Source: Schmidtea polychroa (taxonomy: Eukaryota). From it: a stretch of 64,000 nucleotides of DNA. The DNA lies in contig CM097885.1 in the NCBI GenBank assembly GCA_044892525.1, positions 21,950,001 through 22,014,000 on the forward strand, in the 5' to 3' direction. The position numbers and the translations under genes were made by a program. Every line of letters starts with the position of its first letter. Within the stretch, counting starts at the first letter, position 1. This document shows, piece after piece, positions 13,801 through 27,000 of this stretch. Under the pieces are notes generated by a model that worked only from the letters and a program-made list of their open reading frames with translations, did no database searches and had not been told where the DNA came from.

Positions 13801-16800
13801 GCTCAAATATAAAGGGGTAATCATTCTAAAAAGACAGAATAATATTGTTATCTTAAATAATTTATATGGTTGTTAAAACGTTTAATAGTGTCAATCACCG
13901 TACGGTAATTATTAGTTTCAAAAACTTTGAGATGGTAACAGAAATCTAAGTAAAAGTATCGTTCCGATCTGCCAACGTATGTTAATAATGAGCGATCATA
14001 ATTGATAATTTTTAGATTCATACCAAACAATAAGACAAATTACATAAATGGTAGTCTTAGACAAATTAACCAATTGTGACTACTTTCAACAAAGTGGTTA
14101 AACTCGAAAGATGGACGTGTCCATACATATTAATCGAAAATAAAATTCCAATACTTTCAATTTGTACGTGATTATTGGCGCGTAATAAACGCAAAACATA
14201 ATTTGATTGTATCATGTAAAAATTGAGTTGTATATGATAATTTAAAATGTTCTGGTCAATAGTTAAACGTAAATACCCAACGTGCCCAAGTTTGAAAATC
14301 ATAATTTTACAGATAGATATTTCCAATTTTCAAGTGTTATCTAGGGGTTTTAAATTATTGTCACATATACACCTGAGAAGATTTGATGCTACAATCATTT
14401 AAACCTAAAAATAAATATAGAAAATTCAATATCCACGTGCATTTTAAGATTATCTAATTAATTTTACTAATATTAATAAATTTTATTGAATAACGCACAT
14501 ATGATTTTGGAATTACAACTGAATTATAAGTTTTATTATTTATATTTAATAAAATAGTTTTCAAACTTCACCCGTTAAAAATTTGTATTTACATTTTTAC
14601 ATTTTTATATTTAGGCTTTTAAATAATATTATAAGAACTTTTTTTTCAAATTTCACCACTGATTATTTTTTCCATTGAATTTATTAAAAAGAGAGCTTGA
14701 AAACTCTAAATCAGTAATATATCGATGTTTGTTGATACTCACAAATTTTCGGCACTGGCTTTTTTCAAGTGAATTTAAATTTTCATATTCCCCTTGCTGA
14801 CATTTTAGATATTTATTTCATTAGGTTTTCCTTATTTTCCTGTTGATATGCAAATTAATTAGAGTTTTGCTGTATATTTTAGTTTGTAAAAGAAATAGAA
14901 GAAAATTTTAAGTTAATGCTTTATAAATATCTAGGAAATCGAAGAACACAAAAAAGCTATAGAAAATCTAAATGAAGAAAAAGCAAAGAAAATTTCTGAA
15001 TTAGAAAATTCATTTGAATCGAAATCTCATGAAATACCAATCTTGAAACGTGAACTTTACCAACAAGCACAAAATCACAAAAACGAGACCAACGACTTGA
15101 TTCATATGTACGAATCCGAGAAAGCAAAAATCATCGAAGACCATAAAATTGCTTTGGAAAATTTGACTCGACAAACTAACGAATTAAAAGCCAATTTAGA
15201 AGAAAAACAAGCTGAAAATATTTCTCAAATCTTATCGAAGGTAATATTTTTAGTCTTATGATTATCTTTGTATCCACATCAATATTTTATTACTATTTAT
15301 TCTATATTAATGTTGAGACATTTTATTTTTAGATAATACGCATATTGATGGAATGAAAAAGAAAACTTCCAATGATAATTGAATAAAATATAGATCACAT
15401 CAATAAAATATTAGTTAAAATGCAAACCTCCATCATTTTAATAATGCTTCTATATATAATCTTTAGAATATTGAAAAATAAACGTTTTGTCACATAACTT
15501 CTGTGCTGATGAAAATAATTTTTATTTGATCGACAGATATTCCGCCATCACTATTCCAATATCCAACAAATACATTCATTAAATTGAAATAAAAGTAATC
15601 CAGGAACATTTATTTGAAATCCAAAGATATATTAAAACTTTTCAAAATTAACAGAAACAAAACCAAACGATAATTCAATTTCTCTTTTAATAGGTAACAC
15701 AAGTTCGAAACAGCAAATGAATTCACTCATAATATTAATTACACTAGAAACCACTCAGATACGTTTTCTATAATATAAGAAAAAAATCGATAAGCTAATA
15801 TTATAGAAACATACATACTTACTTTGATTTCACGCTGATGTTCTCATTGATAGTGCAATGAGATGCGCCTTACACTATCGAAATCTTAAGTGGTAAAAAA
15901 ATTAAATACTGCACATAATAACACAACACATACTAAAAACACATGCAAACTTTCAATATATAGAAATGCGATGCTGAGATAAGTTTCTATAATAACTTTA
16001 TTTTAGACAATTTTGAGAAAAAAAAGATTGCCGAAATGTTTTTAAATGTATTTTTAAAGAAACTACGTTAAATTGTCATGAAATGATGAAATATCATCGT
16101 AAGAATTATTTTTGAGTTAAAATTAAGTTAAACATTCATTAGAATTTCAGATATTTGTTTTAGAAATATTTTAGAAAAATACATTTTTGGTGATTGATTA
16201 TTTAATTATAATTAAAAATTGATCTAAAATAAATTTCATAAAATTCTTAAAAATTCTGAAAATTAATTAAAAATAATTTATAATACAAATGTTGACTAAA
16301 AGTAATATTTAAGAACTTGAATAATAATTATATGGATCTCATATCTATATGGATCAAAATCTAAACCTTAAAATTTACATAAAATTAGACATCTTACCTG
16401 AAAAATGGCTAAAATTAATTTCTAGAAAAATGAAATTCATTAAATTAGCACAATTATATGCTAAGTTCCACAATTAAACCAACCACACACACATACAGTA
16501 GGCGCATGTGTATAATACAATAGACACATTTACAAAACACAAAATGAAAAGAGGTCAAAAAGCATGCACACATACACTCTCTTTTGGTTTGTGTTTGCCA
16601 ATCATGACCTAAATTTCAGTCATGTCAGATACATCAACCTGCAGTGGATAAGCTTCTAAATGACATTGATTTAACTTTTAACTAACTGACATTGAATTGG
16701 TTCGGTGACATTAAATAGGCTTTTACACTACAAGGATAGAAAAAATCGCTGTTGAAAGAAAAATAAATAAATACACACAAACATGGTTTCCAAAATGTCA

Positions 16801-19800
16801 ATAATAAAAAATACACACAATTGGACAATGAATAAGCTTCTTAACATTTAATAAGTTCCAAATTTTCAATTTTAAAACGAAATATTAATATGTATGAGTG
16901 TATATTGAATGCTTCTTCGGAATTAATTATTTCCATCTCAAGAAATCCATAGAAATGTATAAGTTTCTGATTAAATTTTAGTTAATTTTTAAAACCTTTC
17001 TATATATGATAAAATAAATTATTGACGCAATGGAAAGCGGTCATGAATTTTACGAAATTGTCCATATTCCTGGAGTCAAAAAGACAACAGTAATGTGTTA
17101 AAATATAATATAGATAGACTGAAATTTAACAAATTAATTAAAAAATTAATTCCATAAAACCGAGCACAATATGGAATTAGAAAGTAGTGTACATGTAAAT
17201 AATGGTCTGTTTGTATTGTTGTATTTGAAGTGATACTTATTGTAAAATGATGATATGTAAAGATGTTAAAAATTATTAAATTTAATAAAAAAAGGTTTTT
17301 TAATTAAAATTTAAAAATTTTTCATTTTAAAATAAAATTTATTTTTAAATAAAATAATTTTTTAAATATTTATAAATTATTTGGTAAAGGATTTTATAAA
17401 ACTTTATAATTTTGTTCGAATAAGTAATTTAGAATCAAATAGTTTTTTCGTTTCTACTTGATGATGACAGTGAACCTGTCGGAATATATAGTATATGTGA
17501 TGTTCGAGTAGCGTTTTCTAATATTTATTTAATTTTTATTTACAATCTTGTTATCGAGAAAGCTGATGATTTCAACACTCGTATATACAAAGTAATTAAT
17601 CCTTTAAAGTTCAGTATGATATAACAGACATTTTAATAAGTAGATATATGTAATCTATCTGACACAAAACATTAACCTTCCATTTTCACCTGGAGAAAAC
17701 TTTTAATTTACCTCGCACTAACTCCTTGGTGTGTGGTTGACTATTTGATGATATATTGCCGTCAATTTTTGGATGTGGTTTTTGTTGAATTTTGTGAGTT
17801 TTTAAATGTGATTTTTAGTCGATGTTAAGTTTTAATTTTAATTGTGTCTAATAATCCATGTTGAAATTTGTAAATATTCATAGAGTTGGAATTTATGATT
17901 AATAATGATTATAAGTTTTATAATTTTTTAGTTACTTTTGTTTTAGACAAATAACAAATTAAAGGAAATTGAAAATGAATATGGCGAAAGATCGATGCAA
18001 TCTTTTAAAGTAAGTGTATTGTTAAAAATTAAAAATTTCCTAACCTTCGAACGGGTGCGTGACATTTTTTATAACAAAAACTTTCTGATCTGCTATGTGA
18101 TTGCCATTGAATTTTTTTGTAAAATAAGTAAAATTTCATTAGAACTATAGAAATATTTATTTTTATTGGCAAATAACTAAAATATAATTCCCAAAACGAA
18201 AACGTTAAATAAAATCTTATTAAGAATCATTGTATTTATTAAAAAGCTTGACTATGAATCAGTAAATATATCGATGTTTTTTTTATATATTTACTGATTC
18301 ATAGTCAAGTTTTTAATAAATACAATGTCAATTGAAAAGAAATCAGTGGTGAAATTTGAAAAAAGTTCTTATAATTTTTAAGAAACAACTAAATTTATAG
18401 TAACTTTTACGACAAAGCGTCTGCTCAAAGGTTAATTTATTTATATTTTATTACATGATTATTACTCGTAAATAATAAGAATAATTTAGTATGAGTATTC
18501 GTATAATATCAGTCCATTTGAAACAATGGTTACCTGATTTTAATTATCTTTACCATAACTACTTGACAAAAATTAGTATCCATATTTGGTGGTATTCTGC
18601 GTTATTTAATTACACGTTGTTATAGTTCTAGTGTACTTGACCGACTTACACCAAGGGGTTTTGATCTGTACAGATGGTTACGTGGTTATTATGAACCAAT
18701 TCTAAATTCTAGAATTTCCTTAGAAGAATGGTCGTTTGCATAACTCATCCTTTCCAGTCCGATTGATCTCGTAGGGTTTTGCAGTGTCTTTCGGTTTTAC
18801 AATCCTTTTATATTCGTAATTGTTATAGTTCTCGAATTTTCGGCACTGCCTTTTTCAAAATTCGTGAGTATCAAAAACATCGATACATTACAAGCTCTCT
18901 TTTTAATAAATATATATAGACAAAATGAACAAGTGAAAGTATTTGATGTAATAAACTAAAATTTGAATCAAAGATAAAATTTAACAATGAAAATTACAAA
19001 ATTTTATAATTAACATTTAACATTATGTATTAATTAATTAATTAAATATTTTATAAATTTAGCTTATTAGTGAGTTAAAAGTGACTGCTGAAAAATTGAA
19101 AGAAGAAAAGATTGAATTGCTAAATGCTCAAGAAGAAGCGAAAATAAATTTTAACAAAAAGTACAACAGCGACATTGATAATTTGCAAAAGGCTATGAAA
19201 AATAATCTAGAAGTATATTTACTATATATATTATATTCATTTTCAAATTACTGAACTTTTTCATTGGAATTCCCTTATTCGAACTTGTAATTAATTTAGA
19301 ATGATTTTGAAATTATTTGCCGATAAGATTAATTTAGAATAACATCTTTTTTATTTTTGTGGTTCCTATGAAAATCTGTGATAATAAAAATATAATATTC
19401 AAGTAAAAAACATTAAAAAACTACATTTATTAACAGTATATATTAACTGCCATCTTCAGCTGGGTCAACAAAATTCGGCCTGCTGGGCATGCATAGATGT
19501 CGTGATTTTTTAGAGTAATATGAATATTTTCTTGTTGATGTCGCTTTATATATTTATTTTCCAATTCTTTACGCGAGTAGGTAGATAGTAGCTCACTGCA
19601 ACAATTACCCCCCCCCGGGGGGGGGTTGTTGCAACTTTTTTTTTGTTGCAACTTTTGATTACGCAATTTTTCAGACTATAGTGAGGGGGTCTCGATGGTC
19701 CTAGGATTTTCAATACAAAAAATTTTTTTCTATACAAAAACGATGGTCCTGGGATTTTCAATACAAAAAAAATTTTTCTATACAAAAATCCGACTACCAC

Positions 19801-22800
19801 TAAAAAAGCATGGAATTTTCACACTATAGTGAGGGGGTCTCGATGGTCCTAGGATTTTCAATACAAAAAATTTTTTTCTATACAAAAATCCTACTATCAA
19901 TAAAAAAGCATGGAATTTTCACACTATAGTGAGGGGGTCTCGATGGTCCTGGGATTTTCAATACAAAAAATTTTTTTCTATACAAAAATCCGACTACCAC
20001 TAAAAAAGCCAAGGATTTTTCAGACTATAGTCAGGTGAGTCTCCTTGGTCCTGAGAAATAGGTGGTCTACACTAAAAAAGCATGGTAATTTAAGGTCTCA
20101 GGATATTTTCAATACAAAAAGCTGGTCTACACTAAAAAAGCCAAGGATTTTTCAGACTATAGTGAGGCGAGTCTCCTTGGTCCTGAGAAATAGGCGGTCT
20201 TCAATAAAGAAGCATGGTAATTTAAGGTCTCAGGATATTTTCAATACAAAAATCCGACTACCACTAAAAAAGCCAAGGATTTTTCAGACTATAGTCAGGT
20301 GAGTCTCCTTGGTCCTGAGAAATAGGTGGTCTACACTAAAAAAGCATGGTAATTTAAGGTCTCAGGATATTTTCAATACAAAAAGCTGGTCTACACTAAA
20401 AAAGCCAAGGATTTTTCAGACTATAGTGAGGCGAGTCTCCTTGGTCCTGAGAAATAGGCGGTCTTCAATAAAAAGCATGGTAATTTAAGGTCTCAGGATA
20501 TTTTCAATACAAAAATCCGACTACCACTAAAAAAGCCAAGGATTTTTCAGACTATAGTCAGGTGAGTCTCCTTGGTCCTGAGAAATAGGTGGTCTACACT
20601 AAAAAAGCATGGTAATTTAAGGTCTCAGGATATTTTCAATACAAAAAGCTGGTCTACACTAAAAAAGCCAAGGATTTTTCAGACTATAGTGAGGCGAGTC
20701 TCCTTGGTCCTGAGAAATAGGCGGTCTTCAATAAAAAGCATGGTAATTTAAGGTCTCAGGATATTTTCAATACAAAAATCCGACTACCACTAAAAAAGCC
20801 AAGGATTTTTCAGACTATAGTCAGGTGAGTCTCCTTGGTCCTGAGAAATAGGTGGTCTACACTAAAAAAGCATGGTAATTTAAGGTCTCAGGATATTTTC
20901 AATACAAAAAGCTGGTCTACACTAAAAAAGCCAAGGATTTTTCAGACTATAGTGAGGCAGTCTCCTTGGTCCTGAGAAATAGGTGGTCTGCACTAAAAAA
21001 AACGTGGTAAATTTTTCAATTAAAGTAAATAATGGTCCAAATTTTTAAATTAAAGTAAATTATGGTTCTAAAAATTAAATTACAGTAAATTATGGTCCAA
21101 ATTTTTCAAATACAGTAAATTATGGTCCTAAAAATTAAATTACAGTAAATTATGGCTCAAATTTTTCAATTAAAGTAAATAATGGTTCTAAAAAATTAAA
21201 TTACAGTAAATAATGGCTCAAAAATTTAAATTAAAGTAAATTATGGTCCAAATTTTTCAATTAAAGTAAATAATGATCCAAAAATTAAAATTAAAGTAAA
21301 TTATGGCTCAAATTTTTCAATTAAAGTAAATAATGGTTCTAAAAAATTAAATTACAGTAAATTATGGTCCAAATTTTTAAATTAAAGTAAATAATGGTTC
21401 TAAAAATTAAATTAAAGTTAATTAAGGTCTAAATTTTAAATTAAGTAATCAATGGTAAAAAATTTTAAATAAGTAATAATTTTTAAATAAGTAAATTAAA
21501 GTAAGATTTTAAAATTTAATTACAAAAAGTTGAAGGTGTTTGAGAATTGAAATTTTTTAATGAAAATTTTCAATGGTAATTTTTAATGAAAATTTTTATG
21601 GAATATTTTTTTAAGTAATTTTTAATAGAAAATTTTATGAAATATTTTTCAATGGTAATTTTTAATGGAAATTTTTATGAAATATTTTTCAATGATAATT
21701 TTTAATGGAAATTTTTAAGAAATATTTTTCAAAGACAAATTTTAATAATAATTCAACAACAAATCAACAACTTAGTACCAACAACCAGTAACTTACGAAC
21801 ATGTATTACCAACCAGATACCTACAACCAGTTACCTGATACCAAGTACCAACAACCAAAAACATGCAACCAACTAGCTACCAACTACTAACAACTAACTA
21901 CCAAGTACATACAACCAACAACAACCAGGTACTAATCATTATTAACCACCTACTAAGTACCAACAACCAGTAACTTACGAACATGTATTACCAACCAGAT
22001 ACCTAAAACTAGTTACTAACAACCAGTTACCTGATACCAAGTACTAACAACCCACAACAATTAGCTAACAACTAACTACCACCTACCAAGTACCTACAAC
22101 CAACTACTAAGTACTAACAACCAAAAACAACCAACTAGGTACTAGATACCAAGTACTTACAACAAACATCAACCAAGTACCTACTACCACCTACCAAGTA
22201 CTTACAACTAGTTACTAACAACCAGTTACCTGCTACCAAGTACTTACAACTAGTTACTAACAACCAGTTACCTGCTACCAAGTACTTACAACTAGTTACT
22301 AACAACCAATTACCTGCTACCAAGTACTTACAACTAGATACCACGTACTAACAACCGTCAACAACCAGGTACTAAGCCTTATCAACCTACAACTAGTTAC
22401 TAACAACCAGTTACCTGATACCAAGTACCAACAATCAAAAACAACCAACCAACTAGGTACTAGATACCAAGTACATACAACCAACATCAACCAGGTACTA
22501 AGCATTAATTACCAACTACTAAGCACCTACAACCTACAACTAGATACTAACAACCAGTTACCTGATACCAAATACTTACAACTAGATACCAAGTACTATC
22601 AACCAAAAATCACCAACCAACTAGATACCAAGTACTTACAACTAACTACCAAGTACATACAACCACCTACTAAGTACCTACAACCACCTACCCATTAACT
22701 AGCTACAACCAGCTAACTAGGTACTAGATACCAAGTACTAACAACCAGTTACCTGCTACTAAGTACCTACAACCACCTACTAAGTACCAACAACCGACAA

Positions 22801-23964
22801 CAACCAAGTACTAAGCATTAATTACCAACTACTAAGTACCTACCAAGTACCTACAACCACCTAACAAGTACTAACAACCAAAAACAAGCAACCAACTAGG
22901 TACCAAGTACTAACAACTAGCTACCACCTACCAAGTACTAACAACTAACTACCACCTACCAAGTACTAACAACCGACAACAACCAGCTATTAACTAACTA
23001 CCACCTAACAAGTACTAACAACCAACAACAACCAAGTACTAAGCATTAATTACCAACTACTAAGTACCTACAACCAACTACTAAGTACCTACAACCAACA
23101 TCAACCTGATACCTACAACTAGATACTAACAACCAATTACCTGCTACCAAGTACTTACAACTAGATACCACGTACTAACTAACTCTCAACCCCCACCTAC
23201 CCATTAACTAGCTACTAAGTACTAACAACCAGCTAACAACTAGATACCAAGTACTTACAACCAACATCAACCAGGTACTAAGCATTATCAACCAACTAAA
23301 TACTAAGTACTAACAACCAACACTCAACTAGCTACCAACTACTAAGTACCTACAACCAACTAACTACCACCTACCAAGTACCTACAACTAGATACTAACA
23401 ACCAGTTACCCATTAACTAGCTACAACCAACACTCAACTAGCTACCAACTACTAAGTACCTACAACCAACTAGCTACCACCTACCAAGTACATACAACCA
23501 ACAACTAAGCATTATCAACCAAGTACTAACAACCAAGTAACTTACCTAGTAATAAGCACTGTCAACTAGATACCAAACACTTACAACCAGATGACCACAT
23601 GAAATTATTGGTTAAATATGAAAATAAGGGTTATAATTAGTTGTTTAGTAAATTATGGTGTAAAATTAAGAAATAAAGAATAATTAGGTAAATTAATACT
23701 TAGGATAAGTAAATTAAAGTTCAAAATTTTAAATTAAAGAAAACAATGGTTTTAATTTTAAATTAAAGCTAAATGAGTAAATTAAAGTAATAATTTTTAA
23801 ATAAGGAAAATAAGGTTCAAAATCTAAAATTAAGTAACCAATGGTTCAAATTTTTAATTAAAGCTAAATAAGTAAATTAAAGTAAGATTTTTAAATTTAT
23901 TATCAAAAGATTGAATAACCACCAACTTTTTTGAGAAATGTAATTTTTAATGAAAATTTAAATG

Positions 23965-24015
<51 letters not shown>

Positions 24016-27000
24016 TAATAATAATAATAATTCAACAGTTACCAACAATCGGTTACTAAATATTTTTAACTAGGTGCTAACAAATACTTTCAACATGATA
24101 CCACGTACTAACTAACTCTCAAACAACCACATACTTACAACTAACTACTTACAATCAACTAAATATTCTTTATTGTATTTTATGAAATGCTTTTTAAATT
24201 AATATTTTTTATACAGCTTCTATAATAATTTTAATTACAATCAGTAGAAAAACCTTTTCAAAATGTCTAAATTTAACAAAAATGTTGATTTTCATCAAAA
24301 AACCACAACTCAACCACTTTAAAACACCACGTGGAATTCAAAATAATTACAATGAAAGACTAATGAATTCTAATTTACAAAACATTCTTCTTTTAAATGA
24401 TAACTACTGACTTATTATTGCAATGTAAAAATCGCATTCAATAAATACTTATTGTTGATCAGTTTTATTATATATACTCTGAGTTTATCCGACAGGATGT
24501 TTTGACCCCCTAAGGGTACAGGTCGTAAGGGTACTAGTCGTAAGGGTATTGGTAACACTCAACCACAACCTACCCATTAACTAGTTACTAAGTACTATCA
24601 ACAAGCTATCAACCAGATACCAAGTACTCACAACCGACAACAACCAGGTACTAAGCATTATCAACCTACAACTATATAACAACAATCAGTAAACAACATT
24701 GTACCTACTACCAAATACAAGATACCAACAACTTAGTACCAACAATCAACTAACAACACATAAAAATAATAGCAATTAAATACAAAATATTCTTCATCGC
24801 ATACACTATTTTCTTATCAAAATCTAAAAAGTCAACCAACTACTTACAACCTACAACTATGTACTAACAAATTGATCTTTAAAAGCAAATACTCATCACT
24901 TGAAAAATTAGATGGAAAATTATTTGAACTCAAGGCATCAATAACTAGGTAAAATTTGATTAAATTATTGTAAAAATTTAAATTATTCAAAATAAATATC
25001 ATAAAAATTTAATTAATGGACAGGAAAAAATTCTAATCATTAATCATCCAGTAAATAAAAAAAATACTGATCATTCAAGTTGAATCAACTAAGATAATAA
25101 ATTAATAAAAGTTTTGAAATAAGATCTAGATTTAGATTGAATAAAATTAATTTTAATTATTTCTGTAAAAGTAATACATGTACTCAAATTGATTGACTGA
25201 TTTCTCAATATATTCAAAAAATCAGTATAAATTCATTACAATCATCAATGTCATCAATCTACAATAAAAATAATTATCATTAAATTCCAAGAGAGACTAG
25301 AAAACTAATGATAACATCTAATAAACCAGTAAATTCATTTAAATAATTGGAATATCCTAGTGAATTCTCCAATTTCTCATTTCCTCCCAAATATATCAAT
25401 ATGTAAAGATTGGTATTGTAATGATAAATACTTGTTAAAGATCATATATTCACCTCAAACTAACAAGATTCCTTAAAATCCCTTAAATGACTATATTTCT
25501 ACCCTTAATTCATATTATTACAAATATCATCTAAAAAGCATCAAATTTCATTGAAATAACACTATCTTTTAAGATTGATATTTTAATGATAAGTACTTGT
25601 TAAAGATCATATATTCCCCTCAGACTAATAAGATTGCTTAAAATCCCCTTTAAATGACTATAATTCTAACTTTAATTCCTATTATCATACATGTTTCACT
25701 ATTGATAAAACCAGTTATAATTAAATTTTTGTTAATCACTGTAAATTTTTGTAAATCACTGTACTTGAAATTTAAAATAAATATAACTGACTAGGTCCCA
25801 TTGAAAGATTAAATTTATCCATTCAATAAAATATATTTCTTCAAATGATCATTTTTACCAATATTCAACCGATTTAATTACTAATTAAAATCAAGTTTTC
25901 TTTCAATAAAGATCAATTTTATTTAGTGTTTGTCGATGTTTTAAGTCCATATTTCTCAACTTTTGTCATTCTCCGCCTAAATAAAGATAAAAATAAATTA
26001 AAGTTGAAGTCAATCCCAATTATCTATAAAGATTTCATTGTCAAAACCAAGTAAATCGATCATTATCCCTACTTAATAAAACATTGTTCTAAATTAATTT
26101 ACTGTGCATTAATCACAACCTAATAAAACGATATAATTATTATTGATTCATAACTGACTAATGTATTGCAATTTCCTTAAAAAACATTGATATTTTACCA
26201 ACATCACCCTTAAAAAATCATATATTCCCATCGAAACCCTTCCCTCATTAAAAGCAACCGACTATATCTCCCTTACAATAATATATTCCCATCTTAACCC
26301 ATCTCACATTAAATCTAACCGACTATATCCCCTTAAAAGATCATATTTTCCCCATCTTAACCGATCTCTCATTAAATCTAACCGATGGGGGTTGAGAGTT
26401 AGTTAGTACGTGGTATCTAGTTGTAAGTACTTGGTAGCAGGTAATTGGTTGTTAGTATCTAGTTGTAGGTATCAGGTTGATGTTGGTTGTAGGTACTTAG
26501 TAGTTGGTTGTAGGTACTTAGTAGTTGGTAATTAATGCTTAGTACTTGGTTGTTGTTGGTTGTTAGTACTTGTTAGGTGGTAGTTAGTTGTTAGTACTTG
26601 GTAGGTGGTAGCTAGTTGTTAGTACTTGGTACCTAGTTGGTTGCTTGTTTTTGGTTGTTAGTACTTGTTAGGTGGTTGTAGGTACTTGGTAGGTACTTAG
26701 TAGTTGGTAATTAATGCTTAGTACTTGGTTGTTGTCGGTTGTTGGTACTTAGTAGGTGGTTGTAGGTACTTAGTAGCAGGTAACTGGTTGTTAGTACTTG
26801 GTATCTAGTACCTAGTTAGCTGGTTGTAGCTAGTTAATGGGTAGGTGGTTGTAGGTACTTAGTAGGTGGTTGTATGTACTTGGTAGTTAGTTGTAAGTAC
26901 TTGGTATCTAGTTGGTTGGTGATTTTTGGTTGATAGTACTTGGTATCTAGTTGTAAGTATTTGGTATCAGGTAACTGGTTGTTAGTATCTAGTTGTAGGT

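Noticed and set aside
20017..20995. Regular repeat array resembling a CRISPR locus
   Set aside because: Whole units repeat with no unique spacers, there are no cas genes, and the context is eukaryotic. It is a tandem satellite.
21755..23590. Telomere-like C/A-rich strand asymmetry
   Set aside because: No fixed TTAGGG/TTAGG unit; shuffled words internal to a TIR.
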